Shown: in pieces, positions 9,689 through 19,981 of the stretch
How positions within the stretch are numbered: position 1 is the first letter of the stretch
Layout: each line of letters starts with the position of its first letter
Assembly (NCBI GenBank): GCA_965232465.1
Contig: OZ246977.1
Coordinates: forward strand, 580,649 to 644,648
Source of the DNA: Alphaproteobacteria bacterium
GTDB taxonomy: Bacteria > Pseudomonadota > Alphaproteobacteria > JAQWUY01
DNA: 64,000 nt
Reading direction: 5' to 3'
Notes under the pieces: generated by a model
Database searches by the model: none
What the model was told of the DNA's origin: nothing
What the model saw: the letters and a program-made list of their open reading frames with translations, nothing else
Position numbers and translations under genes: made by a program

Positions 9689-12600
9689 TTAAAACTGTCT
9701 TTGAATATTGCCGATTTCACGAAATTTGAATTGTACAAACAGGGATTTTTCTGGGGCACTGCGGGATTTGGAATAATCCTGCTTATATTCAATATCGGCA
9801 CCAAAACAGCCACAACTGGTGTTGTATTCAAAGCCTACGGATTGACGAACAAGTCCTTTTTTGCTTTCTTCAAATTCATAACTGTGTTCTGTGCGTATGT
9901 GCCAACGGTTATTGATTTTGTATGCTATCCCAAATTTTGTTTGTGCCAGGGGGTCTAGTTGTGAATTTTTCCGAGGTTCAATTTTTGTGTATCCCATGTC
10001 AATTTTATATGTATCACGCGTATATGCAACATTTGATTCCAATTTTCGGGTGCGAAAACTATGGCTGTCCAGTTCAAAGTTAGCATATATATTGACATTG
10101 TCCCAATTGGCATATAGATTGCCAATAAAATCCGATGCAATGTTATTATCCCCTTGTGTGATATTTTGCCCCAAGAATGCTTGGACATAGGTATCGTCTT
10201 GCCATATTTTTAAACGGCTTCCATAGGATATGCGACTACCTGTGTCTATTTTATCCACGCCTGCGTATCGGTTGTTGGCAAATAGTGTGGATTCGTCTAA
10301 TTCAAAATCCACACTGTCATTATTGGGTAACCCATCGGGATTTTCATAGAATTTTGATATAAAAATGCCCGCTATAGGTTCCAGGATAATGTGACGGTTA
10401 AGTGCAGGCCTTGAGTTTTGTGGGCGAATCGACAAGGGATATGATACGACCATACTTGCCATCGGGGTAAAACGATTTAAACGGCCATTGGTATGGTCTT
10501 TGCCATTGACAGTAAATTCTTTAAAATATCCGAATTTGTATGCATCCGCCCGTCCGATAATGTCGGTTTTTACCAACATGCCTTGCTGGGTAACAAAAGG
10601 ACGGGAATATGTAACCGTTGTGGATATTGTATGGGATTTCAAAGTGCCTTTTTTTTGTATCGAACGGGCAATCGAAGTAATGTTTACATTGCTGGTGCCT
10701 GCTGGGCTTTGAAAAGTTCGTTCGTATTGTATACTGGGGAATAAAGTGGTTACAGGACGATCGTTTTGGCGGATGTCACGATAGGATGCGGAATCTATTT
10801 CCAGTGTGGAACTTGGGGTAATTTTCGTGGCTGTTGCCCCCGTTCGCAAGGTGTCTTTTGTGGCTTTGTTCAACAGCGTGTAGGTCTTTAAATAGGATTT
10901 TTCGGTGACATTTTGATGGTTTAATCTGTATTGCCACCCTGTGTGCGTATTTTTTACATAAGATGCAAACCAATGTCCCTGTATTTCGCCCCCAGTATCG
11001 TCCTCTCTGATAAAAGACACATTATGTCGCAGGATGGTTTTGCGGGTATCATTGTTGTTACGGTATAAAAATTCCATCCCTTGTCCCTTGCGGGTAGTGT
11101 AAATGGGGCTGATAAGAATGTCGCTGTTATCTGTCAGGGATTTATAATAATGTCCCTGTACAAACAGCCCCAATACATTAGTGGTACCTGTATCCGGTAC
11201 CAACCAACCATCTTTTTTGACCGCATCTGGTGTGGGTTGTTCCAAATTTGACCCGAAATACGGTAGCGGAATACCCAACAGTTCCATACGGGAATTGGTA
11301 AAAGCAATATTTTGGTTTTCTACATCTAGTGTAACTTTGTCTGCCCGCATTAGCCATGTGGGGGAATTTTCGCCTTCTGGTACCCTACAGGATGTATAAG
11401 TAGCTTTTTCCGCTTGTATATTGCCATTGGCATAAGTTTGGAAAGTTTGGGCCGATATTTGTACATTATTTTGTAAATTGCGTTGCAGGTTGGTACCGCT
11501 TATGGTATCGAAGGCGATATTTGACCGCAAAGTATCCATGGTGCTCACATCACCAGTAGGGTCCGTGTACGATACATTCCCTTCTGCTTGTACCAAGTCC
11601 AAGGATTCGTTATATATGATTTGATTTGATTGTATTTCCCCATGTATCCCCTTGGCGACGGTATTGTTACGGATTGTTAATTGGCGAATATTATCGTCAT
11701 ATGTTGCCATATCCCCCGTTAATATCATATTATCTTGCAGGGTTGTGGTATATTGTACCCCCCCGCTGGCGTTCATAATATTTTCAGATTGTGTATATAC
11801 AATGGTATCAGAAGTCAATATGCCATTTCCATTTTTGGCACTTGCCCCTTTGCTGAGGGTTATAAACTGTTTTTTCCTGTCATATATGGCATGATTCCCT
11901 GTTAAAGTGATATTGTCAGATTTTGATACAAATATGGTATTTTCTGTTGTTTCTATTACCTCCTGTTTTTGATCGTATTGTAAGCGGTCCGATTTTAATA
12001 TGGCTTGATCGTTTTCCGCTTGGGCGTTTTTATCCAAAACCAAGGACTGTTTTTTCCTGTCATATATGGCATGATTCCCTGTTAAAGTGATATTGTCAGA
12101 TTTTGATACAAATATGGTATTTTCTGTTGTTATTACCTCCTGTTTTTGATCGTATTGTAATCTGTCCGATTTTAATATGGCTTGGTCGTTTTCTGCTTGG
12201 GCGTTTTTATCCAAAACTAAGGTTTGTTGCATGCCATTATATAAGGCATTTTTGCCTTGTGCCACCAAGGGTGAAATTTTTGATGTAAACACAGTATGCC
12301 CTTGTGTTTGGATAATATCCATATTCTGATTATATTGCATGTTGTCTGATTGTATAACCGCTGCATTATTTTCTGCACGGGCATTTTTGTTTAACATTAA
12401 AACATTATTTTTTGGGTTATATATTAAATTTTGTGATTGTAATATTATGGGGCGATTTGTGTTTGTGGTGGTAAAATATGCATTACCTGTGGCGGTTGTG
12501 ATTTGGGTGGTTTGGTCGTATTTAATGGAATCAGATCGCAATATCCCTTGGGTATTTTTGGCAATTGCGTTGGTATCCAGTGTTATTGTTTTTGATTGCC

Positions 12601-12772
12601 TGTTGTAAACCGCACTGTCGCCTTGTAATTGTATGTCATCGGCATATGCGGCGGCGGTGGCGATGTATATACTGAGTATAAGTTTTGTTGTGTGTGCCAC
12701 GATTATCCCACTTTTTCCGATGATAAAGTTAAAAAACCGCCTAATAACAGTATAATAATGGTGGGTAACCAC
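9689..12772 (-). CDS. lptD: LPS-assembly outer-membrane protein LptD (OstA/Imp) with an expanded repetitive N-terminal domain
   Basis: It is 1027 aa. The N-terminal half is built from repeated OstA-like units and the C-terminal half is a large beta-barrel with the LptD_C signature. It lies immediately upstream of rsmA as in other proteobacteria. The true start may be an alternative codon downstream, because the annotated ATG overlaps lptG by 70 nt. Confidence 0.8.
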   Translation of the reverse strand: MVTHHYYTVIRRFFNFIIGKSGIIVAHTTKLILSIYIATAAAYADDIQLQGDSAVYNRQSKTITLDTNAIAKNTQGILRSDSIKYDQTTQITTATGNAYFTTTNTNRPIILQSQNLIYNPKNNVLMLNKNARAENNAAVIQSDNMQYNQNMDIIQTQGHTVFTSKISPLVAQGKNALYNGMQQTLVLDKNAQAENDQAILKSDRLQYDQKQEVITTENTIFVSKSDNITLTGNHAIYDRKKQSLVLDKNAQAENDQAILKSDRLQYDQKQEVIETTENTIFVSKSDNITLTGNHAIYDRKKQFITLSKGASAKNGNGILTSDTIVYTQSENIMNASGGVQYTTTLQDNMILTGDMATYDDNIRQLTIRNNTVAKGIHGEIQSNQIIYNESLDLVQAEGNVSYTDPTGDVSTMDTLRSNIAFDTISGTNLQRNLQNNVQISAQTFQTYANGNIQAEKATYTSCRVPEGENSPTWLMRADKVTLDVENQNIAFTNSRMELLGIPLPYFGSNLEQPTPDAVKKDGWLVPDTGTTNVLGLFVQGHYYKSLTDNSDILISPIYTTRKGQGMEFLYRNNNDTRKTILRHNVSFIREDDTGGEIQGHWFASYVKNTHTGWQYRLNHQNVTEKSYLKTYTLLNKATKDTLRTGATATKITPSSTLEIDSASYRDIRQNDRPVTTLFPSIQYERTFQSPAGTSNVNITSIARSIQKKGTLKSHTISTTVTYSRPFVTQQGMLVKTDIIGRADAYKFGYFKEFTVNGKDHTNGRLNRFTPMASMVVSYPLSIRPQNSRPALNRHIILEPIAGIFISKFYENPDGLPNNDSVDFELDESTLFANNRYAGVDKIDTGSRISYGSRLKIWQDDTYVQAFLGQNITQGDNNIASDFIGNLYANWDNVNIYANFELDSHSFRTRKLESNVAYTRDTYKIDMGYTKIEPRKNSQLDPLAQTKFGIAYKINNRWHIRTEHSYEFEESKKGLVRQSVGFEYNTSCGCFGADIEYKQDYSKSRSAPEKSLFVQFKFREIGNIQRQF
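11866..12228. repeat. Near-perfect tandem duplication (183 bp + 180 bp) inside lptD
   Basis: The unit 'ctgttttttcctgtcatatatggcatgattccctgttaaagtgatattgtcagattttgatacaaatatggtattttctgttgtt…' occurs twice head-to-tail. It encodes the repeated 60-aa segment LVLDKNAQAENDQAILKSDRLQYDQKQEVI…NHAIYDRKKQ. Confidence 0.9.
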
Positions 12773-13803
12773 CCCAATACATATGGGGGCAGGGGGGTCA
12801 AGAATACCATTGCTTGTGTCAAGTTTAAGAAAAAGAATAATACAAAAGCGGTTATCATGCCAATACCAATTAACTTCGACGGTATCACCCGTGCATACGG
12901 ACGCATGGTAAAGTACGCAGCAAACAGCACTAATGCTATAAACATAAATGGCATCGACAATAATTTATGGTATGTAAAGGTATACTCGTCCGCATTTAAG
13001 CCCCCCTTGCGTAAAGATTGAATGTGCGGGGGTAATTGCCAAAATGACATCTCGGTCGGTTTAGTAATCATATTTTCGATTAAGCTATTATTGACTGTGG
13101 TCGACATCATCATATTTTGTATGGGCGTACTGACATTATCCAAGGTACGCATATTACCCTTATGTAATAAAAATCCTTCTGGTTGCAGGGTCATTTTATC
13201 CACACGATATGTCCGTTGTATTTTTTGTTGCGAATCCAATTCCAAAATTTGTACTTGGTACAAAGTAATGGGAATGTTGATGGCGAGGGAGCTGTTGATA
13301 ATACGGTATCCGTCGGGAATTTTTTCACGTAACCATAAATTATTACGACTCAGTGTAATTTCCGCTGTATTTGTGGTATCCCCATAAAAATTCCAGCGTT
13401 TTTTATATTGGTCATATGTGATGCTGGCAATGGGATTTAATATGGATGTGTGTAGCACACCCAGTACAAATGCAATGACCATAGACGGAATAAGAATTTG
13501 CAGACTGCTCAGCCCAATGCTAAGTTGAATGGTCGTTTGTTTTTCCCGATTCATATGAAAGAATGTATACATAAATGCAAACATCACGACATAGGGTAAG
13601 GCGGTGGTAAACAAGGTGGAAAAATTCAAAATCTCCATTTCCAATAATTGCATAAAGGTTAAATGGGGCAATCGGGATGCGATACCCATAATGTCCAAAA
13701 AGGCAATTAAGATCGACATGGCAAGGGCGATAACCCATAATCCATGTATATTTCTTCGCAAGATATAAAAAAACATGGTTTTGCCCATTTTTAAAGACTT
13801 CAT
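12703..13803 (-). CDS. lptG: LPS export ABC permease LptG (YjgP/YjgQ family)
   Basis: It is a 366-aa permease with YjgP/YjgQ topology, membrane segments at both ends and a periplasmic beta-jellyroll region. It is translationally coupled (ATGA overlap) to the upstream paralogue lptF. Confidence 0.7.
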   Translation of the reverse strand: MKSLKMGKTMFFYILRRNIHGLWVIALAMSILIAFLDIMGIASRLPHLTFMQLLEMEILNFSTLFTTALPYVVMFAFMYTFFHMNREKQTTIQLSIGLSSLQILIPSMVIAFVLGVLHTSILNPIASITYDQYKKRWNFYGDTTNTAEITLSRNNLWLREKIPDGYRIINSSLAINIPITLYQVQILELDSQQKIQRTYRVDKMTLQPEGFLLHKGNMRTLDNVSTPIQNMMMSTTVNNSLIENMITKPTEMSFWQLPPHIQSLRKGGLNADEYTFTYHKLLSMPFMFIALVLFAAYFTMRPYARVIPSKLIGIGMITAFVLFFFLNLTQAMVFLTPLPPYVLGWLPTIIILLLGGFLTLSSEKVG

Positions 13804-14885
13804 TGTATCCGTCCTGTGCGTTTATATGCGTTTGATTTTATAATCAATCCCCCCAACAACATGGTCAAAAAGCTTATGATAAAGAAAGCATTATAATACA
13901 GATAGGTGGAATTTTCGATGGATTTTGTCGACAAAGTCATGGCAACCGATATACAAAACACCATGACAATTGACCCAACAATTGTATATTTGGGGTTTGT
14001 CATACGACTTATCGGTTTAATAATAACTGTTATTGCCCCTAATACAGTTAACAACAAGGGCAACACAGAATCGATAATGCGGCGGGCAAATTCGCTTATG
14101 TATTTACCATTTTCAGGCTGTTTCCGGCTGATAAACCATAATTCTGTATTGGTCAATTCGTCTACTTTTTGTTTACCTGAGTATTCTTGGGCAATAGTGT
14201 TAAACGATATTTCATATTCTTCAAAAGAAATAATGGGGGGTTGGGCGTTGCCTTCCAGACTGCTTTGTTGTGTCCCATTTTTTAATATTATTTTGGTGGT
14301 ATTGGGGGCGTCGATAATTTCCCCTTGTGTGGCGGTTAATATAATTTTATCTGTGCCATTGTAAATAAAGATATTACCGATACGGTTGCCATTTGCTGTT
14401 TCCACAAACATCGTGCTGTCATTACCAATATTTTGAAATTTACCGGCGATAACCTGTTTTGATAATAACGATTGATTGGTGATCTGGTGTTTTTGCGATT
14501 GAAACCTATGCCATCCCTCAGGCATTAAGTATCCATATCCTATAAGGCTGATGATACTGCATACCAAGCCTGCATATAGGCTTGGGCGTAAGATTTGTAA
14601 TGGTGACCTGCCAATGCTTAGTAATATGGTTAATTCCCGTGATTGTGATAAACTATTATATGTATTTAAGGTGCCGATAAATACTGTAAAGGGTAATGAC
14701 ATTATCATATATTGGGGTATTAAATATACAATCATAATTAAAAATTCTGTGCCTTTAAGGGATCTGTTGACCAAAAATTCCAATAACTTGATGGAATTTA
14801 TCATGGCAACGATCATACAGACGATAGCTGTTAAAAAAGCTGTGCGTTGTAAAATTCCCTTGAATATGTATGTTCGTATTATCAT
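13800..14885 (-). CDS. lptF: LPS export ABC permease LptF (YjgP/YjgQ family)
   Basis: It is a 361-aa paralogue of the downstream gene. The lptF-lptG pair lies divergent from pepA-holC, the usual alphaproteobacterial arrangement. Confidence 0.7.
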   Translation of the reverse strand: MIIRTYIFKGILQRTAFLTAIVCMIVAMINSIKLLEFLVNRSLKGTEFLIMIVYLIPQYMIMSLPFTVFIGTLNTYNSLSQSRELTILLSIGRSPLQILRPSLYAGLVCSIISLIGYGYLMPEGWHRFQSQKHQITNQSLLSKQVIAGKFQNIGNDSTMFVETANGNRIGNIFIYNGTDKIILTATQGEIIDAPNTTKIILKNGTQQSSLEGNAQPPIISFEEYEISFNTIAQEYSGKQKVDELTNTELWFISRKQPENGKYISEFARRIIDSVLPLLLTVLGAITVIIKPISRMTNPKYTIVGSIVMVFCISVAMTLSTKSIENSTYLYYNAFFIISFLTMLLGGLIIKSNAYKRTGRIQ

Positions 14886-15006
14886 AATATATGTAATACC
14901 AGAAAAGTACTTTTAAATCACCCCTAAATCTTATATAATCTTTTTTGCTGTATTATTATACACAGAACTATTACATGCAAGAATATTATTAAAAAGGCAA
15001 AAATTT

Positions 15007-16419
15007 ATGTTAAAAATTTCATTTAGTACCGCCCCCCCCACATACAAACACCTTGTGCTGATAAAGCCAAGCACAGGCGGATTTACCCATATGTATACAG
15101 AATTAAATCCTTTGTGTGATGCACTTGATGTGCAATCATCAGCTGTGTTTGTCAATGTGTGTGGGGCACAATCTGTAACAGTTGTGGTGCATAAAGAGGG
15201 CATTTCTTACCGGGAATTGGGCAGTATCATTTATCAAATGGTAAAAACACTTGAATCTGTGCATATCGATACCACCCTTCTTAAATCTGAGGCGGTCGTT
15301 GATGTGGCGGTGGGGATACAGTTAAAGTCGTATGCGTTTGATCGCCATAAAACCATTACCAAAGAAAGTGATTCTTTAAAACAAGTTATTTTTGTTACAA
15401 ACCAAGTGGATGTTACACAGGATATATATGTCCGACATGCGGCAATTGTCGACGGCATTTTTGCCGCCCGTGATGTGGCGAATGAGCCGGCAAATGTGTT
15501 GACCCCGATTGCATATGCAAATCGTGCCAAGGGTTTGGAAAAACTGGGTGTAACAGTAAAGGTGTTGGAACCAGATGTTTTGCATGAAATGGGTATGGGG
15601 GCATTGTTGGGCGTGGCACAGGGGTCTGTGAATCCCGCCCGTGTGGTGGTTATGGAATATGCTGGGGGGTATGTAGGTGATGCCCCATTTGCGTTTGTGG
15701 GCAAGGGGGTAACTTTTGACACAGGCGGAATTTCCATAAAGCCATCGGTGGGTATGGAGGATATGAAATTCGATATGGGCGGGTCGGCTGCTGTATATGG
15801 TGCCATGCACACGGTGGCGATTCGCAAAGCCAAGGCGAATGTGGTCGGTGTTATTGGATTGGTGGAAAATATGGTTGATGGCAACGCCCAACGCCCCGGG
15901 GATATTGTGACTTCTATGAGTGGACAAACCATTGAAGTATTAAATACCGATGCGGAAGGTCGGTTGGTTTTGGCGGATTGTTTGACATATGTGCAACGGA
16001 CATATAAACCTAGGTCTATTATTAACTTGGCAACTTTGACGGGGGCAGTGATGGTGGCATTGGGTACGGATTATGCGGGTTTGTTTTCGAATAACGATAA
16101 TTTTGCCAATCAAGTGCTCAGGGCTTCTGCACAAGTGGGGGAACGCTTGTGGCATATGCCGGTGGGGGATGTGTTTGATAAAATGATTGATTCCCCGTTT
16201 GCCGATATGAAGAATATTTCCAATGGGCGATGGGGCGGTGCGTCTGTTGCGGCCGCATTCTTGGCACGATTTGTCGATGATTGTACCCCTTGGGTACACT
16301 TGGATATTGCCGGTACCGCATCCACCAATAAGGGCAATGCCTTTGCCCCAACCGGGGGCACAGGATTTGGTGTTGCCACATTGGATCAGGTCATATATGA
16401 TTTTGAAACCGCCCAATAA
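15007..16419 (+). CDS. pepA: Leucyl aminopeptidase (M17 family)
   Basis: It has the M17 signature 'NTDAEGRL' and conserved metal-binding region (…VGKGVTFDTGGISIKP…). It is 470 aa. Confidence 0.9.
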   Translation: MLKISFSTAPPTYKHLVLIKPSTGGFTHMYTELNPLCDALDVQSSAVFVNVCGAQSVTVVVHKEGISYRELGSIIYQMVKTLESVHIDTTLLKSEAVVDVAVGIQLKSYAFDRHKTITKESDSLKQVIFVTNQVDVTQDIYVRHAAIVDGIFAARDVANEPANVLTPIAYANRAKGLEKLGVTVKVLEPDVLHEMGMGALLGVAQGSVNPARVVVMEYAGGYVGDAPFAFVGKGVTFDTGGISIKPSVGMEDMKFDMGGSAAVYGAMHTVAIRKAKANVVGVIGLVENMVDGNAQRPGDIVTSMSGQTIEVLNTDAEGRLVLADCLTYVQRTYKPRSIINLATLTGAVMVALGTDYAGLFSNNDNFANQVLRASAQVGERLWHMPVGDVFDKMIDSPFADMKNISNGRWGGASVAAAFLARFVDDCTPWVHLDIAGTASTNKGNAFAPTGGTGFGVATLDQVIYDFETAQ

Positions 16420-16465
16420 TCTGTGCAAGGGCACATAATTTGTATAAGAGGTCGAAAATACATAT

Positions 16466-16903
16466 ATGCAGATATCTTTTTATAATGTAAAATCCACCCC
16501 TATTGACAGGGCATTACCTGTGTTGTTACAAAAAGCCCTCGATGCAAATATGACCCCGTCTGTGTTGGTGCCACAGGGACAAACCGCCACATACAGCACG
16601 ATTTTATGGCAAGGGGGCGGGGTGGAATCTTTTTTGGCACACGACATTGGCGACAAGGCCGATGAAAAAACGCCGATTAAGGTTACGGATACCCCTGATT
16701 TTGACCGTGATATACGCTTTTATGTTAATCATTTACAAATGGATTGGATACAAGGGGCAAATGCCATATACTTTGTATTTGACAGCGATACTCCCACCAT
16801 TGTTGAAAATGCCCGTAGTGTGTGGCGGACATTGCAACAGCAATCAGAATATACCCTGTCATATTATCAACAGCATGAAAATGGCAAATGGGTAAAAAAA
16901 TAG
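16466..16903 (+). CDS. holC: DNA polymerase III chi subunit
   Basis: It is a 145-aa protein directly downstream of pepA, the conserved pepA-holC pair. The N-terminus matches chi-subunit proteins. Confidence 0.65.
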   Translation: MQISFYNVKSTPIDRALPVLLQKALDANMTPSVLVPQGQTATYSTILWQGGGVESFLAHDIGDKADEKTPIKVTDTPDFDRDIRFYVNHLQMDWIQGANAIYFVFDSDTPTIVENARSVWRTLQQQSEYTLSYYQQHENGKWVKK

Positions 16904-16964
16904 TTGACATCCCCCCATAAATACTGTATCAAGCAGTATTATTTATTACATTAGGAGAATAATT

Positions 16965-17147
16965 ATGGCTGTTCCAAAAAGAAAAGTAAGCTCCCATCGC
17001 CGTGGCAACCGTCGTAGCCACGACAGTTTGGGTGTCACCGGATATGTGGAAGACCAAAATTCTGGTGAATTGCGCCGCTCACACCATATTGATTTGTCCA
17101 CGGGTATGTACCGTGGCAAAAAGGTTTTAATTGCAAAAGATGGGTAA
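16965..17147 (+). CDS. rpmF: 50S ribosomal protein L32
   Basis: The sequence '[20 protein letters not shown]' is the canonical L32 N-terminus. An AGGAGA Shine-Dalgarno lies upstream. Confidence 0.9.
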   Translation: MAVPKRKVSSHRRGNRRSHDSLGVTGYVEDQNSGELRRSHHIDLSTGMYRGKKVLIAKDG

Positions 17148-17286
17148 ACACACTATATACCGAAGATAAAGTGAGTCATTTAACGAATGAAAAATGGCTT
17201 GCTTTGTTTTCGATAAAAATGTTGTATCTAATATGCAGTTTTACACATTTTAAAAAAGATTTATATATTTCAAATGGGGAAAAAAT

Positions 17287-17709
17287 ATGACTGTACAACG
17301 CACTTTTTCTATTATTAAGCCAGATGCAACGCAACGCAACATAACTGGTGCGATTAATACAATGATTGAAGATGCGGGATTACGCATTATTGCACAAAAA
17401 CGCATTCATATGACCCGTACCCAAGCGGAAACTTTTTATGGCGTACATTCAGAACGCAGTTTTTTTGAAGAATTGGTGGACTTTATGATTTCCGCCCCGG
17501 TGGTTGTGCAAGTTTTGGAGGGGGAAGACGCCATTGCCAAATACCGTAAACTTATGGGGGCGACCAATTTTAAAGAAGCCGAAGTGGGTACCATTCGTGA
17601 AAAACACGCAGAATCCCTAAGTTGTAATTCTGTACATGGTTCTGATTCCCCCGAAACCGCCACAGAAGAAATAGCATATTTCTTTGCAGGTATTGAATTA
17701 GTGGGATAA
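17287..17709 (+). CDS. ndk: Nucleoside diphosphate kinase
   Basis: The sequence 'TFSIIKPDA…' and the active-site 'NSVHGSDS' are typical of NDK. It is 140 aa. Confidence 0.9.
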   Translation: MTVQRTFSIIKPDATQRNITGAINTMIEDAGLRIIAQKRIHMTRTQAETFYGVHSERSFFEELVDFMISAPVVVQVLEGEDAIAKYRKLMGATNFKEAEVGTIREKHAESLSCNSVHGSDSPETATEEIAYFFAGIELVG

Positions 17710-17738
17710 ATTTTTTAAATATTATTTTCGATAAAAAT

Positions 17739-17770
17739 AAAAAAGCCCTCTGTTTTTAGGGCTTTTTTTT
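17739..17770 (+). terminator. Rho-independent terminator after ndk
   Basis: The sequence is aaaaAGCCCTctgtttttAGGGCTtttttttt. Confidence 0.7.
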
Positions 17771-17798
17771 ATGCTTAGAATAAGGTAAAATACATATT

Positions 17799-18881
17799 AT
17801 GAATCGATTTATGGCATTATATTTGTTTTTATTGTTTGTCGGCGGGGCGGTTGCAAACCCCCTATACACATCGGGGGTAATTACCATCGATGAACAAGGG
17901 GCATCGGCTGATATAGCCAAAATCAAGGGACTTGAACAGGCAAAAGACATTTTTTGGCAACAGGTTATTAGAAAAATCCTGATCGATCCACTCGAAGCCA
18001 ATAAAGTGACTAAATTGGAAAGAGATTCGTTTATCAAAAAGACAGATTTTTTATCAGAAAAAACCCATTCGAATCGCTATAATGCGGAAATTATTATATA
18101 TTTTGATCCATTGCGGATTCAAGAATCCTTGCGAACCAAAGGGATTGCATTTGTTGAAGATAGGGGATTTCCCGCATTGATTGTACCTGTGTTTATGTAC
18201 AAAGGGATTATGCAGATATATGAATATACCAACATGTGGCAAACCGCTCTGCAAAACATAGAGTATTCTGGGGGGTTGTTACCATTGTATGTTTCGGACG
18301 GGGGGATGCAGGATTCTTTGAAAGTGGATCGTCATGTGCTGATCAACCGGGATAAGATGTTGAGCGTGGGCTTGTCGTATGATGCGGATACAGTGCTGAT
18401 TGCCCGTGCACAGGTAATCCCCGATGCGGTGGTGTTGCAATATGAGGCTATCGGTGGTATCTTGGATGGAATTCAGCATACCATGGTGGAAAAATTTCCC
18501 CATCCGTTAATTATGGGGCAATCGGATGCGGATGATATGGTTTTAAATGCTTTGGGTGATTTGGCTGTGCGGTTTTTCCAAGATGCGGAATTACAATGGA
18601 AAAAACAACATGCCCTTGCCGAAAAACAAGGTACTAAGATTATATACACGGCATTTTCCCTGAATAATTTAGACGATTGGCGGGCATTAAAAACCAAATT
18701 ACAGTCATATCAAATGGTACGGGGCGTGGAATTGTACAGTGTACAGGGTAATATTGTAACCGCTGCCATACAATATACAGGTGTATTAAAAAACTTTTTT
18801 TTATTTTTAGAAGAAAAACAGTATAGTATAAAAAAATATGATACAGTATGGATCGTGGATCATACAAAATCGGAATCTTAA
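17799..18881 (+). CDS. Hypothetical exported protein with a signal peptide
   Basis: The N-terminal signal peptide is MNRFMALYLFLLFVGGAVA-NP. It is a 360-aa non-repetitive protein with no family recognised by eye. Confidence 0.5.
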   Translation: MNRFMALYLFLLFVGGAVANPLYTSGVITIDEQGASADIAKIKGLEQAKDIFWQQVIRKILIDPLEANKVTKLERDSFIKKTDFLSEKTHSNRYNAEIIIYFDPLRIQESLRTKGIAFVEDRGFPALIVPVFMYKGIMQIYEYTNMWQTALQNIEYSGGLLPLYVSDGGMQDSLKVDRHVLINRDKMLSVGLSYDADTVLIARAQVIPDAVVLQYEAIGGILDGIQHTMVEKFPHPLIMGQSDADDMVLNALGDLAVRFFQDAELQWKKQHALAEKQGTKIIYTAFSLNNLDDWRALKTKLQSYQMVRGVELYSVQGNIVTAAIQYTGVLKNFFLFLEEKQYSIKKYDTVWIVDHTKSES

Positions 18882-18945
18882 ACATGCAGGTTGTACCCCC
18901 ATGGGACAGATTCAAAGCATAATACATGTATTTTAAGGAAAAAAC

Positions 18946-19980
18946 ATGCAAGGCATTATAGCGATACGATTGTTATTATTGGTGGTAATGGGGTCTGCTC
19001 TGTTTTATGTATTGGGGGCGGTGCAATCTGTATTATGGCCATTTATTATATCGGCGATTATTGCCTATGTCCTGACCCCTGTTGTCAATATTTTGGAAAA
19101 ATATGGTCTACCACGGGGGGTGGGGGCATTGATATTGGTATTGTGTTTCTTGGGTTTAATTGCGGGTTTTGTGGCATTGATATTGCCTTTGGTATTGGAA
19201 CAAACGCAACAAATTATTGCCTTATTGCCGACCGCTTTTGCACAAACGCAACAGATTTTGGCGGGATATGGGGTGGAAATCCCTGATATTAGCCATATCG
19301 CCACGCAAATTCAAGGGTTGTTAAATCAATACTTAGGGCAAGGCTTACAGCTGGTGGCAAAACAGTTCGGCAATATTGTCAACATGGCATTTTTGTTGGT
19401 GTTGGTACCAGTATTAATGTTTTATATGCTCAAAGATATTTATCGGGTTAGTTCAATTTTATTAACTTGCATACCGGTAAAATATCGGGCGTTTGCTGTG
19501 GAATGGATTGGGGCGTTGGATGCCACTGTATCGGCGTTTTTCCGTGGACAGCTTATTGTTATGGTTGTCTTGGGCGGTTTGTATATGTTGGGATTATCAC
19601 TGTTGGGTTTACAATATGCGGTTGCCGTTGGGATATTGGTGGGATTGCTGAGCTTTATTCCTTATGTGGGGTCGTTTGTGGGGTTATTTTTGGCAACTTT
19701 GTTGGCGGTGGTGCAATTTACGGATTTAACCACAGTATTATTGGTATGGCTGGTGCATGGGGCTGCTCAGACCCTTGAAGGTATGGTTTTGACGCCCAAG
19801 ATTGTTGGCGATAAGGTGGGGTTAAATCCTGTTTGGCTGATTTTTGCCCTTATGGTGTTTGGGGTTTTGATGGGATTCTTGGGCGTGTTGTTGGCGGTAC
19901 CTTTGGCGGCGATTATTGGCACTTCGACACAGGTGATATATAAACATTATGTGCAATCGGCATTATACAAGGGGGAATAA
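18946..19980 (+). CDS. AI-2E family transporter (PerM/YdiK-like, UPF0118)
   Basis: It is a 344-aa polytopic protein with the AI-2E architecture (…ISAIIAYVLTPVVNILEK…). An AAGGA Shine-Dalgarno lies upstream. Confidence 0.7.
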   Translation: MQGIIAIRLLLLVVMGSALFYVLGAVQSVLWPFIISAIIAYVLTPVVNILEKYGLPRGVGALILVLCFLGLIAGFVALILPLVLEQTQQIIALLPTAFAQTQQILAGYGVEIPDISHIATQIQGLLNQYLGQGLQLVAKQFGNIVNMAFLLVLVPVLMFYMLKDIYRVSSILLTCIPVKYRAFAVEWIGALDATVSAFFRGQLIVMVVLGGLYMLGLSLLGLQYAVAVGILVGLLSFIPYVGSFVGLFLATLLAVVQFTDLTTVLLVWLVHGAAQTLEGMVLTPKIVGDKVGLNPVWLIFALMVFGVLMGFLGVLLAVPLAAIIGTSTQVIYKHYVQSALYKGE

Positions 19981-19981
19981 A

